Shown here piece after piece: positions 21,141 to 31,422 of a stretch of DNA of 64,000 bases. Both the position numbers and the translations under genes were made by a program. The notes under the pieces are model-generated. The model searched no databases. It saw nothing but the letters and a program-made list of their open reading frames with translations, and was not told the DNA's origin. The stretch comes from Spirochaetales bacterium. Lineage in GTDB: Bacteria > Spirochaetota > Spirochaetia > DSM-27196 > SLST01. Each line of letters starts with the position of its first letter. The stretch's first letter is position 1. Location of the stretch: contig SKZO01000066.1 of assembly GCA_007127335.1 (NCBI GenBank), positions 199 through 64,198 of the forward strand. Direction: 5' to 3'.

Positions 21141-22769
21141 TTACCGTGAGCCGGAAAGCGAAGGGTGTGTTGGCCAGCGGTGCGTGCGGAACCGGCAGCT
21201 TGAGGGGACGAAGAGAACACCGGGATTGAGGAGATCATGGGGGTCGAAGATACTCTTCAGATCTCGCATATAGCCGGTGATGTCGGATCCCCACTCGAGC
21301 TCGAGGAAGGGAGCTCGCAGCCGCCCCATTCCGTGCTCGGCGGTGATTGTGCCCGGCAGCCCCGTGACGAGGAGGTAGATCTCCTCGGCAACCGACGCCA
21401 CCGTCTCGAGGTCTCCGGGCGCGAAGAACGGGCGCAGATGCAGGTTGCCGCTTCCGGCATGGCCGTAGACGGCTGCCGGAAGGCGATGGCGGGCGAACAC
21501 CTGCTCGGCCCCGTCGAGCAGCTCCGGAAGGCGGTGCGCGTCGACGCCCACGTCGTTGACGACCGAATAGGGAACCCCGACTCTCCCGGTGAGACGGCGC
21601 ACCATCGGGAGCAGGGCCTTGCGTTCGCGCCAGATGGCGGCGATCTGCGGCTCACTGACGGCGACCTGCCGCGCGAGCACTCCGCTCGCCTGCGGGAGTC
21701 GGTCAACCGCCTGCCGTGCCTCGGTGGCGGCATCCGGCCCTGAGTATTCGACGATCAGCAGGCTGCCGGTGCCCTCTGCGGACAGCTCCGGCACCTGCTC
21801 CCGCAGGAGTTCGAGCGTTGAGGATGACACCATTTCCACCGCCTGGGCATCGTCGCGAAGCACGAGCGCCGCGGCGCAGGCATCGCGATCGCGTGCGAAT
21901 CGCAGAAGCACCGCCGCGCGGCCCTCGTCACGGCGCTGGCCGTCGATCTCGGCGTCGGTGACAATGCCCAGCGTGCCCACGCTCCCGGTCACCAGTCGCG
22001 GCAACGCGCGTACCGGGTCGTCGGCATGATCGAGAAGCGCGAGCAGCTCGTACCCGGAGGCCCACTTGCTGTGACGCCGCGCTTCGAGCCGCGCCCTCGC
22101 CGGGGCGTCCGCGGCGATCCTCCGTCCAAGCCTTCGCAAGGCGCCGACAATGCGCCGGGGCACGTCGAGAGGATGTCGTGTGTCAACGATCGTCCCGTCG
22201 GCGGTAATGAGTCGAATCTCCCGCACGTAGCGGTTGATTGCGCCGTTGCGCAGAGCGTGGGGCCCGCTCGCCCGTGTATTGATATTGCCGCCAAGTCGTG
22301 AGAGCGGGCCGCTCGACGGATCAGACGGCAGGTGGTAGCCGAATCGCGCGAAGGAACGCTGAACCCGATCATGTCGCGCCGCGGCGCCGCAGCGCAGCCG
22401 CCCCTGCTCCTCGTCGGTCTCGATCCAACTGAAGTGCTCCTCGTCGAGCAGGAGCATGACCCCGTCGGTGATCGCCGCCCCGCCGGTGTTGCTCCCGCCT
22501 GCGCGGGCGACAACCGGCAGACCGAGGTGCTCCGAGACTCGCAGGATGTCCACGATCTGTTCCTCGTCGATTGCCCGAATGAGCGCCGTCGGATCGAGAG
22601 AGAAGATACCCGCGTCGCGTGCGTACCCGCCGGACTCCACGAATCGGGCGCGGGGAAGGAGGCGGCGAAGCTCCCGTGCGGTTCGGTCACCGGCTCGTGA
22701 GTCAGCCACCGGCAATCGTCGGCGATTCGAGCTCCAGGGTGGCCGACTCCCATTCACGGGTGAGCTCAT
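21141..22769 (-). CDS. FAD-linked oxidase (GlcD / D-lactate dehydrogenase-like)
   Basis: PCMH-type FAD-binding region (PVVARAGGSNTGGAA) and C-terminal GTITAEHGMG. The annotated start overlaps the ABC-F gene by 68 nt, so the true start may be further downstream. Confidence 0.75.
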   Translation of the reverse strand: MSSPVNGSRPPWSSNRRRLPVADSRAGDRTARELRRLLPRARFVESGGYARDAGIFSLDPTALIRAIDEEQIVDILRVSEHLGLPVVARAGGSNTGGAAITDGVMLLLDEEHFSWIETDEEQGRLRCGAAARHDRVQRSFARFGYHLPSDPSSGPLSRLGGNINTRASGPHALRNGAINRYVREIRLITADGTIVDTRHPLDVPRRIVGALRRLGRRIAADAPARARLEARRHSKWASGYELLALLDHADDPVRALPRLVTGSVGTLGIVTDAEIDGQRRDEGRAAVLLRFARDRDACAAALVLRDDAQAVEMVSSSTLELLREQVPELSAEGTGSLLIVEYSGPDAATEARQAVDRLPQASGVLARQVAVSEPQIAAIWRERKALLPMVRRLTGRVGVPYSVVNDVGVDAHRLPELLDGAEQVFARHRLPAAVYGHAGSGNLHLRPFFAPGDLETVASVAEEIYLLVTGLPGTITAEHGMGRLRAPFLELEWGSDITGYMRDLKSIFDPHDLLNPGVLFVPSSCRFRTHRWPTHPSLSGSR

Positions 22770-24729
22770 CGATCGCCGCTTCTATCCGGCGCAGCTCGGT
22801 AGTGCGGCGTTTTACCTCGGCGCCATCGCCGTAGATCTCCGGCTCGGCGAGCTCGTGCTGAAGCGCCTCGTGGTGTTCCTCTTTGCGGGCGATCTGCTCG
22901 AGGAGCGACTCGACGCGTCGTTCGAGCTGCTGTCGACGGCTGCGCTGCGCCTTCTGCTCGTCGTGTGAGACGACGCGAGCCGCGCCTGAGCTCATCCGGT
23001 CGGACTCCGGTTTGCCGGCCGGTTGGGCGCCGCGCGTGGGCCCGGTCTCCACCGTCTCACCCTGGTGCTCGAGTCGCCAGGCGTAGTACTGATAGTCTCC
23101 GGGGAAATCTGAGACCAGTGACGGCGCCTGCGCGTCGCGCGGGTCGGGGCGAAGCTCGATGACGCGCTCGGCGAGGTTCTCGATGAACTCCCGGTCGTGA
23201 CTGACGAAGACGATGGTTCCCTGGAAACGACCGAGCGCGTCGAGCAGTACGTCCTTGCTCGCCATGTCGAGGTGATTGGTGGGCTCGTCCAGGACGAGCA
23301 GATTGTGCGGGTGCAGGAGCAGCTGGAGCATCGCGAGTCGGCTGCGTTCGCCACCCGAGAGTACGCCAACCGGCTTGTACACATCGTCTCCCCGGAAGAG
23401 GAACGCGCCGAGCATGTCCCTGATCTGCTGTTCGGTCTGTCCGTGAGCGGATCCCAGGGTGACGTCGAGAACCGAGGGGCCGCCGGCGGAGCTCCCGCCC
23501 GAGTTCGCCGCCGGGACGCCGGAAAGCCAACTGTCGTCGTCGGCGTAGAACCCCACGCTCACCTCCGCCCCCGGACGCATGTCGCCACTGTGGTCCGGGT
23601 CGGCGCCTGCGACGATGCGCATCAGCGTCGACTTGCCGGCGCCGTTCGGTCCGACGAGGACGACCTTCTCTCCGCGTCTGATGACGAGATCGACGTTCTC
23701 GATCACGGAGTTGGTGCCGTAGCTGCGAGACACCGATTCGAGTGTCACCACCTCGCGTCCCGAGCGTGGCGCCGGCGGGAAGGAGATGGAGAGGCGTTTC
23801 AGGTGTTCCGGGATGACGATCGGCTCCATCTTCTCGAGCTGCTTGATGCGACTCTGGACCTGGCGGGCCTTCGATGCCGTCGCCCGGAACCGGCGGATGA
23901 AGTCCTCGATCCGTCTGATCTCTTCCTGCTGCTGTTCCCACGCCTGGGTCAGCCGGGCAATCTCCTCTTCCCTCTGGCGCTCGTAGCCGGTATACGAGCC
24001 GCGGTAGCGTTTGACTTCAGCGAGAAAGAGCTCCCACACGGTGTTGATCGTCTGGTCGAGGAATCGACGGTCGTGGCTGACGATGAGAACTCCGCCCTCG
24101 TACGAGGCGAGAAAGCTTCCGAGCCACACCCGCGCCTCCACGTCGAGATAGTTCGTTGGCTCATCGAGCAGCAGGAAGTCGGGGCCCGAGAGCAGCACCT
24201 TGGCCAATGCAATACGCATCTGCCAGCCTCCGGAAAACTCGCCGACCCCGCGGCTTCGGTCTGACCGGTTGAACCCCAGCCCTGAGAGGACCCGGTCGAC
24301 CTGCTCCTCGCGCTCGTAGTAGCCGCTTCGCTCTATTCGCTCCTGAATCTCGTGGTGCTCGTGCACCAGCGCCTCAAGGTCCGGTGCCGAGGCGTCGCGC
24401 GCCTGCATCTGCTCCGCTACCCGGTCGCGCTGAGCGAGGAGCTTTGCGATTGGTCCGTAGGCGAGCTCGATCTCTTCATCGAGCGTCTGTCCGGTGTGAG
24501 TGATCCCCGACTGGGGGAGGTAGACAACACGCGCCCCGCCGGTCGCAACAATGGTTCCCGAGTCCGGAGTCAGCTCGCCGGCGAGAATCTTCATCAGCGA
24601 CGATTTGCCGCTCCCGTTGGCGCCCGCAAGAGCGCACCGATCTCCCGACGAGAGGGTCAGGTTCACGCTCCTGAGGATGTCACGATCGGCGTACGCGAGG
24701 CTGATGTCGGTCGCCTGGATATGGGCCAT
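22702..24729 (-). CDS. ABC-F family ATPase (two ABC domains, no TM domain)
   Basis: Two Walker A motifs (GANGSGKSS, GPNGAGKST), two LSGG signatures (FSGGWQMR, LSGGERSR) and a charged coiled-coil C-terminal tail. Confidence 0.9.
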   Translation of the reverse strand: MAHIQATDISLAYADRDILRSVNLTLSSGDRCALAGANGSGKSSLMKILAGELTPDSGTIVATGGARVVYLPQSGITHTGQTLDEEIELAYGPIAKLLAQRDRVAEQMQARDASAPDLEALVHEHHEIQERIERSGYYEREEQVDRVLSGLGFNRSDRSRGVGEFSGGWQMRIALAKVLLSGPDFLLLDEPTNYLDVEARVWLGSFLASYEGGVLIVSHDRRFLDQTINTVWELFLAEVKRYRGSYTGYERQREEEIARLTQAWEQQQEEIRRIEDFIRRFRATASKARQVQSRIKQLEKMEPIVIPEHLKRLSISFPPAPRSGREVVTLESVSRSYGTNSVIENVDLVIRRGEKVVLVGPNGAGKSTLMRIVAGADPDHSGDMRPGAEVSVGFYADDDSWLSGVPAANSGGSSAGGPSVLDVTLGSAHGQTEQQIRDMLGAFLFRGDDVYKPVGVLSGGERSRLAMLQLLLHPHNLLVLDEPTNHLDMASKDVLLDALGRFQGTIVFVSHDREFIENLAERVIELRPDPRDAQAPSLVSDFPGDYQYYAWRLEHQGETVETGPTRGAQPAGKPESDRMSSGAARVVSHDEQKAQRSRRQQLERRVESLLEQIARKEEHHEALQHELAEPEIYGDGAEVKRRTTELRRIEAAIDELTREWESATLELESPTIAGG

Positions 24730-26067
24730 CTACTCTCCGACGGCCGACATGAAGACCGTGAGTGGTGAGACACCGACACTCTGGACGACACGATCGCGGA
24801 TGTTCGTCGCCGGAACCCACACGAGCCGCACGCCGCCTTCGAGCAGTTGGTAGACGAAGCTCGTTGCCCCTTCAGCTCCGTCGAAGCGGAAGGAGAGCGC
24901 TCCATGATACTCCTGTCGCAGCGCGGGGCTCAGGTAGAGGCCGAGGTCGACCCTGCCGGTCGAAGAGGCCCGGGGGCTGATGGCGGTCGGTACGAGCCGC
25001 TGGTACCCGGTCCAGCTGAACTGCTGGTTCTCCAGGAGCGTGAGAGCTCCGTACGCGTCGCTCCCGAAGTCGGGTCCCTGGTCCAGCAGGCGCTGATAGC
25101 GAGCTCGCCTGCGTTCGATCTCGTTTTCCACGTATTCCTGGATGTTTCCCGGTACGCGCTGCAATGCAAGGATGTACTGTCGGCCGTCCAGGGTGTACCG
25201 AATGCTCAGTTCGTCGTTGCGCTGAAAGGTCAGCTGCAGAGACGTGCCTTCCGCGACGTATCTCCGGGAACCCGCCGGAGCAATTCTCTCATACTCGAAG
25301 ATGGTGGCGTGGTAGGGCAGAACGAGCTCGAACTGGTTGTCCTCCGGGCGCGGAAAGAAGCCGAACTCCGGCCGGAAGAGCTCGAGATCGAAGGCGCGGC
25401 TTGAGATCATGTCGAGGTAGTAGACCGGACGCCAGACGTTCTGCAACAGCAGATCGATCAGCGGATCCGTGCCCCTGCCGGTGTCCACGACCACCGTATC
25501 GTCGGTCGGATCGAAGACCTGCAGAGTGTAGCCAAAAACCCACCCCCGCTCTCCGGTCTCCGTCATCGCTTCGTACCAGTACGATACCAGTCCTTCCAGG
25601 TTCGTCCGCTCCGGCTGACGCCCGATCAGCTTGATCTGTTCGTTCTCCCGCAATCGATAGACCGTGTTGCCGGTCACGGCCCGAGGCTCGGATCGTATGG
25701 GGAGTGCGCTGCGTGTTGCTCGGGCGTGAAGCGACGCATTGCCGTCGAGAGCGGCCGCGTAGGCTGCCGCTCTCGTTGCCGCGGCCGACTCCTCGGCGTG
25801 GAGCTCGACCCGCCATCGTGCAATCTCCAGCGGCTCGGCGAGCTCCTCAGCAGAGACCCGGTAAGTGTCGGTGATATCGGACTGCGAGAGTACGGCGACG
25901 ACACTTCCCGACCGGATCACGGTTTCGTCCGGTGACCAGAGTACGACTCCAGTTCCAATGGAAGGGCTCCCGCAGGCTCCAAGGACGGCCAGCGCGGCGA
26001 TCGTGAGAACGGTGAGGTATGAAGCGGTGCGCAGACCGCGACCTCGTGGTAGCAGGGCCATCGTCAA
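24730..26067 (-). CDS. Lipoprotein with SH3b-like segment, function unknown
   Basis: Lipobox (AVLGAC). The mid-region YRLRENEQIKLIGRQ...GWVFGYTLQVF resembles a bacterial SH3 domain. The stop abuts the ABC-F start codon. Confidence 0.6.
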   Translation of the reverse strand: MTMALLPRGRGLRTASYLTVLTIAALAVLGACGSPSIGTGVVLWSPDETVIRSGSVVAVLSQSDITDTYRVSAEELAEPLEIARWRVELHAEESAAATRAAAYAAALDGNASLHARATRSALPIRSEPRAVTGNTVYRLRENEQIKLIGRQPERTNLEGLVSYWYEAMTETGERGWVFGYTLQVFDPTDDTVVVDTGRGTDPLIDLLLQNVWRPVYYLDMISSRAFDLELFRPEFGFFPRPEDNQFELVLPYHATIFEYERIAPAGSRRYVAEGTSLQLTFQRNDELSIRYTLDGRQYILALQRVPGNIQEYVENEIERRRARYQRLLDQGPDFGSDAYGALTLLENQQFSWTGYQRLVPTAISPRASSTGRVDLGLYLSPALRQEYHGALSFRFDGAEGATSFVYQLLEGGVRLVWVPATNIRDRVVQSVGVSPLTVFMSAVGE

Positions 26068-26137
26068 CTCCGTGGGGTGAATTCACTACAACCCTGACGC
26101 AAAGTCAACTGCCGCCACGGGATGTGCGACGGGGCCC

Positions 26138-26995
26138 TCAGTCGACCACGATCACGAGCCTGCCGTCGCGCAGAAGCGAACGGTTGTGCTCGGAGGCCAT
26201 GATCTGGCGGGCGTCATGCTCGGTGATCACGATGTCCGTAGGCGCGGTGCCGAATACCCCCGCCGCCTGAATCCGCAGCGGACGGATCCCGAGGCGGTCT
26301 GCGTGACCCGCGGCCTGGGGGTCGGAGGTGTACGCAGCGGCCCCCTCCCCGGCAAGGCGTTGCGGGTCCATGTGATAGGGGCCGGCGAGCAGGTGGAGAA
26401 GGCGTTGCGGCCCGCGAAGGTAGTGTATGGAGGGAAAGAGCGCCGGTTCGACCCGCGCGGCGGTGTTGGTCCCGAAGAGCGGCAGTTCGCCGGCCGCGTA
26501 GATGAGTATGCCGGTGTAGTCGGTGTGCGCGACCCAGCCGAGCACTCTCTCGATCGGGGCCGTCCGGGTATGGAAGACGAACTCGCGGGCGAGGCTTCCG
26601 TGCAGGTCGACAGAGTAGGTGACTCGGGCAGCCGTGAGATCCCGCGTAGCACGTGCGTCAACCATCGTCGCCGAACGCGCCGCGCGCTCGAGCCGGTCCA
26701 CATACTCCTCGCGTTCGCGTATCAAGGTGCCCACGGTATGCAGCGAGTCGAGCCTCACATCCGCGAGCGTGGAGAAGAGTATCTGCGGGGCGTCCCGGCG
26801 TATCGCTCGTTGCGTCTGTGAGACCGCCGCAGGGCCGGTCGCGCCTTCGGCCCCGAGCGTTCGTTCGATCGTCAGGCTCATCGTTCCCGTGCCCCAGTCG
26901 AGATGGGTGGTGGTTGTGTCGTGATCGGGCGCTGCGCCTGCGATCGTGACGAAACAGGCGATGAGGAACGTCGTCAGAGCGGTCTGCCGTACCAC
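26138..26995 (-). CDS. Lipoprotein, function unknown
   Basis: A GTG at 26995 gives (M)VRQTALTTFLIAC with a lipobox and removes the 34-nt overlap implied by the track start at 27097. No family recognised. Confidence 0.55.
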   Translation of the reverse strand: MVRQTALTTFLIACFVTIAGAAPDHDTTTTHLDWGTGTMSLTIERTLGAEGATGPAAVSQTQRAIRRDAPQILFSTLADVRLDSLHTVGTLIREREEYVDRLERAARSATMVDARATRDLTAARVTYSVDLHGSLAREFVFHTRTAPIERVLGWVAHTDYTGILIYAAGELPLFGTNTAARVEPALFPSIHYLRGPQRLLHLLAGPYHMDPQRLAGEGAAAYTSDPQAAGHADRLGIRPLRIQAAGVFGTAPTDIVITEHDARQIMASEHNRSLLRDGRLVIVVD

Positions 26996-27063
26996 GTTTC
27001 TATTCTCGGCGGGCCGCGGCGTCGCATTAGGGGAGCTTTCGCCGGAGGTACCGTCACCGGGGG

Positions 27064-28113
27064 CTACAGACGTTCGCCCAGGTAAACGCCCGCCCACTCC
27101 CAGGTCCCGTGTATCTCAGGGTCCGGCGGGAAGTGCACCCGCCTGAAGTAGAGGTACCATGTTCGAATCCGAAGCCCGCCCCAGCCATAGGTCCAGAGAA
27201 ACGCTTCGGTGCCTTCCGCATTCATGTCGACTTCACGGTCGATGCTCAGCGCGCGTGGTGTGAGGCGCAGAATGGCACCGAGGTTCCAGACCGGCATGGT
27301 GTTCGGATCGTCGAAGTCCTGTTCCCAGCTGCGAGTGAAAAAGTTCACGCCTGCCTGGTAGCGGGAGAGCGTAGCCGTATCCCGGTTCACCAGCGCCCAG
27401 GTGATCGTTCGTCTCAGGTCCTCGACCGTCGGCAGGGTCCAGTCCCTCCGGCTGTCGTAGAAGTCGACGCGCTCGCGGATCTGGCGGTACGCGTCGGGTC
27501 TGCCGGGAACATCAAGGTCGGGGTGCCGCAGCACCTGCCGGTACGCCGCGTATACCGACTCCCATTCACCGAGTAGCGCGAGGTTCTCGGCGAGACGGTA
27601 GTAGAGCAGGCCCCGGTCGACCTCGTCGCCGTACTCGTCAAGGAGCGTTCGGTAGTGCAGCACGCGGCTCTCCGGATCGGGAGAGAGTTTCACCAGTTGC
27701 TCGAGTGCGGCCTTGCGGAGCGAGATACCCCCGGACCGTACATCCGAGTAGCCCGTTACGACACGCTCGTAGTAGTAGCGGGCAAGCGCATGAGCCCCCG
27801 TCTCCATATAGCTCTGCGCGACGATGTAGAGATACAGGCCGCCGTATTTGTCCTTTGGGTTCCTCTCGACGTAGTTCGTGAGATACGCGATGAGCGGCCG
27901 CGGACCCGACTCGATAAGCAGGAATCCGGCGAGCCGTTCGATAGCTACCGCGCGGATCTGCGGATCGTCCTCAGTGGCGACGAGCCGGTACAGCTCGCGC
28001 ACTTCCGGATCAGAAGAACCGGCGAGGTAGTAATCGTCAATATTCGAGCAGCCGCCTGCGGCGATCGCCGCAGTCACGCAGGTGAGCAGAAGCGTACGCA
28101 ACCTCATGATCAT
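27064..28113 (-). CDS. Helical-repeat (TPR-like) lipoprotein, function unknown
   Basis: An internal start gives MIMRLRTLLLTCVTAAIAAGGC with a lipobox. Tyr/Leu-rich helical repeats follow (YYERVV, LLYYRLAENLALLGEWESVYAAY). Confidence 0.55.
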   Translation of the reverse strand: MIMRLRTLLLTCVTAAIAAGGCSNIDDYYLAGSSDPEVRELYRLVATEDDPQIRAVAIERLAGFLLIESGPRPLIAYLTNYVERNPKDKYGGLYLYIVAQSYMETGAHALARYYYERVVTGYSDVRSGGISLRKAALEQLVKLSPDPESRVLHYRTLLDEYGDEVDRGLLYYRLAENLALLGEWESVYAAYRQVLRHPDLDVPGRPDAYRQIRERVDFYDSRRDWTLPTVEDLRRTITWALVNRDTATLSRYQAGVNFFTRSWEQDFDDPNTMPVWNLGAILRLTPRALSIDREVDMNAEGTEAFLWTYGWGGLRIRTWYLYFRRVHFPPDPEIHGTWEWAGVYLGERL

Positions 28114-28175
28114 CGCGGAGTATAGCAGCGAGGACGATCGTTGGCAACCGGCGCCCAAATGGCTACTATGCCCCT

Positions 28176-28706
28176 ATGGACCGACGCCACCCTCGATTTC
28201 CGAACAAGCTGGCCGTACTCGGAGCAATGCTCGTGGTCGTCGGGGGAGTGCTGCTGCTGCGGACCACCGGTCGGCTGCCCAGCCTCGTTTCACTCTGGCC
28301 GCTCGTCCCGCTCGTGATCGGGCTCGTGCTCCTCTACTACCGGCTGTTTCACTCGGGGCCGGACTACTACGTCTTCCTTGGCACGAGTATGCTGCTGACC
28401 GGTCTCCTCCTGCTGCTGACCGGAACGGTCCTGCAGGTTGCGCTCGCGCGCGTGTGGCCCGTCTTCATGACCGTGATCGGTGTCGCGCTTCTCCTGTACG
28501 GGTTTCGCAAGCACGGTGCCGCGCGAGTGACGTTCACGATTCCCGCGGCGGCCATGGTGCTGCTGTCGGTCCTCTTTCTGCCGTTCTCCCTCGATCTTGT
28601 TTCGACCGATTTTGCCGAATTCGTCAAGATCTGGTGGCCCATGCTCCTCGTTGGTATGGGAGTCGCGTTGATCGCCGCCCACCAGGCGCGTCGCAGGGGT
28701 CGTTGA
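28176..28706 (+). CDS. Small polytopic membrane protein, function unknown
   Basis: 176 aa with about 5 hydrophobic helices. Shares an ATGA junction with the next gene. Confidence 0.6.
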   Translation: MDRRHPRFPNKLAVLGAMLVVVGGVLLLRTTGRLPSLVSLWPLVPLVIGLVLLYYRLFHSGPDYYVFLGTSMLLTGLLLLLTGTVLQVALARVWPVFMTVIGVALLLYGFRKHGAARVTFTIPAAAMVLLSVLFLPFSLDLVSTDFAEFVKIWWPMLLVGMGVALIAAHQARRRGR

Positions 28707-29578
28707 TGCGCGTTGACGGTGTGCGTCGGTTCTGTGAGCGCGCGTATCGCCGGTACCATCGACTGCAGTACCTCTCACCGGACCCTCTGGAGGTGGTTCG
28801 CGACTACCCGAGGCTCGCCGATCGCGAGGTCGTCGGGCTCATTGCATCAAGCCTTGCTCTCGGCAGAGTCGACGGGATCGTGCGCGCTGTACGCGAGGTG
28901 ACCGCACGGATCGAGGCTGCCGGAGGAACCCCCGCGGAGGTCGTGGCGGGCGCGACAGGCCGGGAGCTCCGGGCGTGCTGCGAGGGGTTCCGGTACCGGT
29001 TCTTCGACGCAGAACAGCTCTGCGGACTGCTCACGGGCCTGCAGGGCACCTTGCGCGACCACGGTTCGTTGGAGGCGTGTTTCCGGCGGTGTGCCGTCGC
29101 CACGAGCGAGCGAGACCCGAGCGACGCGGTAGTCACCGGGCTTGCAGGAATGGTCGAGGCGGTCGTGGGCGCATCGCGCGGCAGGCTCTCGCGATCAATA
29201 CTCCTGCCGCGACCCGATCGGGCGAGTGCGTGCAAACGGCTGATGCTCTACCTGAGATGGATGGTTCGCAGCGACGAGATCGACCCGGGCGGCTGGTCTT
29301 CCGTGGACCCGTCCGCACTTCTCATGCCGGTTGATACGCACCTGTTGAGAGTGGCGCGCGCGCTCGGTCTGACCTCTCGCCTGCAACCAAGCCTCAGCGT
29401 GTCCCGCGAGATCACCAGGGCCATGCGGGCGGTCGATCCGGTTGATCCTGTCCGTTTCGACTTCTGCCTGACGCGCCCGGGTATTCACCCGCTGATCGAC
29501 GAACGTCAGTGGCTGGCTCGTGACACCACGCGCGAATCGAGCCGGAAACCGCCTTCGGAATGCACACGCTCTGCCTGA
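28706..29578 (+). CDS. TIGR02757/DUF2400 family protein
   Basis: Start at the ATG at 28706 (MRVDGVRRF...). Blocks [27 protein letters not shown] and [13 protein letters not shown] match my recollection of this uncharacterised family. The track's upstream extension (from 28082) is out of context. Confidence 0.65.
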   Translation: MRVDGVRRFCERAYRRYHRLQYLSPDPLEVVRDYPRLADREVVGLIASSLALGRVDGIVRAVREVTARIEAAGGTPAEVVAGATGRELRACCEGFRYRFFDAEQLCGLLTGLQGTLRDHGSLEACFRRCAVATSERDPSDAVVTGLAGMVEAVVGASRGRLSRSILLPRPDRASACKRLMLYLRWMVRSDEIDPGGWSSVDPSALLMPVDTHLLRVARALGLTSRLQPSLSVSREITRAMRAVDPVDPVRFDFCLTRPGIHPLIDERQWLARDTTRESSRKPPSECTRSA

Positions 29579-29636
29579 TTTTGGCTACATTATGGGGAAA
29601 TCTTTCAGGCATAGGCCGAATGGCAAGGAGCTGGGA

Positions 29637-29798
29637 ATGCAGAAATACGTGTGTAACGTGTGTGGCTACATCTACGACCCGGAAGAGGGCGATCCGGATA
29701 ACGGCATCGAGCCCGGTACCTCGTTCCAGGACATCCCAGAGGATTGGGTGTGCCCCATGTGTGGGGCGCTGAAGGAGGACTTCTCCCCGGAGGAGTAG
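29637..29798 (+). CDS. Rubredoxin
   Basis: [44 protein letters not shown] contains the two CxxCG knuckles. AAGGAG lies 6 nt upstream of the ATG at 29637. Confidence 0.9.
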   Translation: MQKYVCNVCGYIYDPEEGDPDNGIEPGTSFQDIPEDWVCPMCGALKEDFSPEE

Positions 29799-29802
29799 TC
29801 GA

Positions 29803-30858
29803 CTACGCGAAGAGGGCCGCCTGCCGTTTGTAATGGTCTTCGACCACGAGGCAGGCCATCGCCTCAACGACCGGCACCAGTCGCGGGCAGATGCACGCGT
29901 CGTGCCGCCCTTCGGTTCTGATCGTTCGTTCCGTACCGTCAAGGTCAACCGTCCGCTGCGGCCGAGCGATCGAGCTCACCGGTTTCACCGCAACCCTGAA
30001 CACGATTTCGTTGCCCGTGGAGATGCCGCCGATGATGCCGCCGGCGTGATTGGTGACGAAACCGTCGGCGCCCATCTGGTCGTTGTGCTCGCTTCCGGTC
30101 ATGTCGGCCGCGGCGAAACCGGCCCCGAACTCGATGCCCTTCACCGCTCCAAGGCTGACCATCGCGTTCGCGAGCTGGGCATCGAGCTTGTCGAAGACCG
30201 GTTCGCCGAGCCCGGGATCCACCCCGCGAATACGGCACTCGACGATGCCTCCCACACTGTCGTTTCGGTCGCGAACCTCGGCGATGCGCTCCATCATCAC
30301 GGCCGCCGCCTCGGGGTCGCAGGCGCGCAGCATATTCTGTTCGATCTGCTCCGGCACGTATTTCTCGCACTGGACTCCGCCGGCCCGCACGGTGTACGCG
30401 AGTACGTCTACGCCTCGGCGTGCGAGAAGCTTGCGCGCGATCGCCCCGGCCGCGACCCGTCCTGCCGTCTCTCTGCCGCTCGCCCTGCCGCTGCCACGGT
30501 AGTCGCGGATCCCGTACTTCTTCAGATAGGTGTAGTCGGCGTGACCCGGGCGGAACATGCTCTTGATCTCATCGTATGCCGCCGGTTCGGCGTCGGAGTT
30601 GTAGAGGATGAGCAGGATTGGCGTGCCCGTCGTCTTTCCCTCAAAAACTCCGGAGAGGATCTGCACCGTATCCGGTTCCTTTCGCGGAGTCGTGATGAAG
30701 CTCTGTCCAGGCTTGCGTCGATCGAGCTGTTCCTGTATGTCGTGCTCCGCGAGCTCGAGCTGCGGTGTCACCCCGTCGACGACGACACCTACGGCGCCTC
30801 CGTGCGACTCCCCGAAGGTGGTGAGCCGGAACAGGTGACCGAAACTACTTCCTGCCAT
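29803..30858 (-). CDS. aroC: Chorismate synthase
   Basis: FGHLFRLTTFGESHG N-terminus, RPGHADYTY and GRHDACI motifs. Confidence 0.95.
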   Translation of the reverse strand: MAGSSFGHLFRLTTFGESHGGAVGVVVDGVTPQLELAEHDIQEQLDRRKPGQSFITTPRKEPDTVQILSGVFEGKTTGTPILLILYNSDAEPAAYDEIKSMFRPGHADYTYLKKYGIRDYRGSGRASGRETAGRVAAGAIARKLLARRGVDVLAYTVRAGGVQCEKYVPEQIEQNMLRACDPEAAAVMMERIAEVRDRNDSVGGIVECRIRGVDPGLGEPVFDKLDAQLANAMVSLGAVKGIEFGAGFAAADMTGSEHNDQMGADGFVTNHAGGIIGGISTGNEIVFRVAVKPVSSIARPQRTVDLDGTERTIRTEGRHDACICPRLVPVVEAMACLVVEDHYKRQAALFA

Positions 30859-31402
30859 TGAGATACTCCGTTACCGTCGCGATGATGAGTGACCGTGCCG
30901 AACCAAGAGGCCTGCCGTCGAGCTCAACCCTCAGGTGGGCGATGGCGTCGTAGCGCGCGACCCGTCGATCGAACAACTCCCGGAACCGTTCTCGCCCGAC
31001 GCGCTCGTCCTTCGTCTGGAGGAACGCCGGGATACCCCGAGCGAACACCCGTGTCGCGATGGCGTCGTAGGTGTCGACGATGTGTACGAGGAGCCCTCCG
31101 TCGGTCGATTCGAGTGCCTCGGCGTTGTCGCACACACCGCCTCCCGTGGCGATTACGAGCGGCTCTTCGCGGGCGGCAACGAGACGGCATGCCGCCGTCT
31201 CGAGCTGTCGGAACCGGTCGACTCCCTCCTCGAGATAAATGTCGCGAACCGTTCTGCGGTTGCCGTGCTGGGCCGAGTCTATCTCCTGGATGATCGTATC
31301 CGTATCGCAGAAACCGCGATCGAGCTGTGCAGCGAGCGCCACTCCATGGCGACTCTTTCCCGTGTGCTTCATCCCGACCAGATAGATTCTTCTCGTGTTC
31401 AC
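30845..31402 (-). CDS. aroK: Shikimate kinase
   Basis: P-loop (GMKHTGKS), the DTD motif and ATGGG. Lies adjacent to aroC and overlaps it. Confidence 0.8.
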   Translation of the reverse strand: MNTRRIYLVGMKHTGKSRHGVALAAQLDRGFCDTDTIIQEIDSAQHGNRRTVRDIYLEEGVDRFRQLETAACRLVAAREEPLVIATGGGVCDNAEALESTDGGLLVHIVDTYDAIATRVFARGIPAFLQTKDERVGRERFRELFDRRVARYDAIAHLRVELDGRPLGSARSLIIATVTEYLNGRK

Positions 31403-31422
31403 CGCGGCAAGTATAGCGATGC

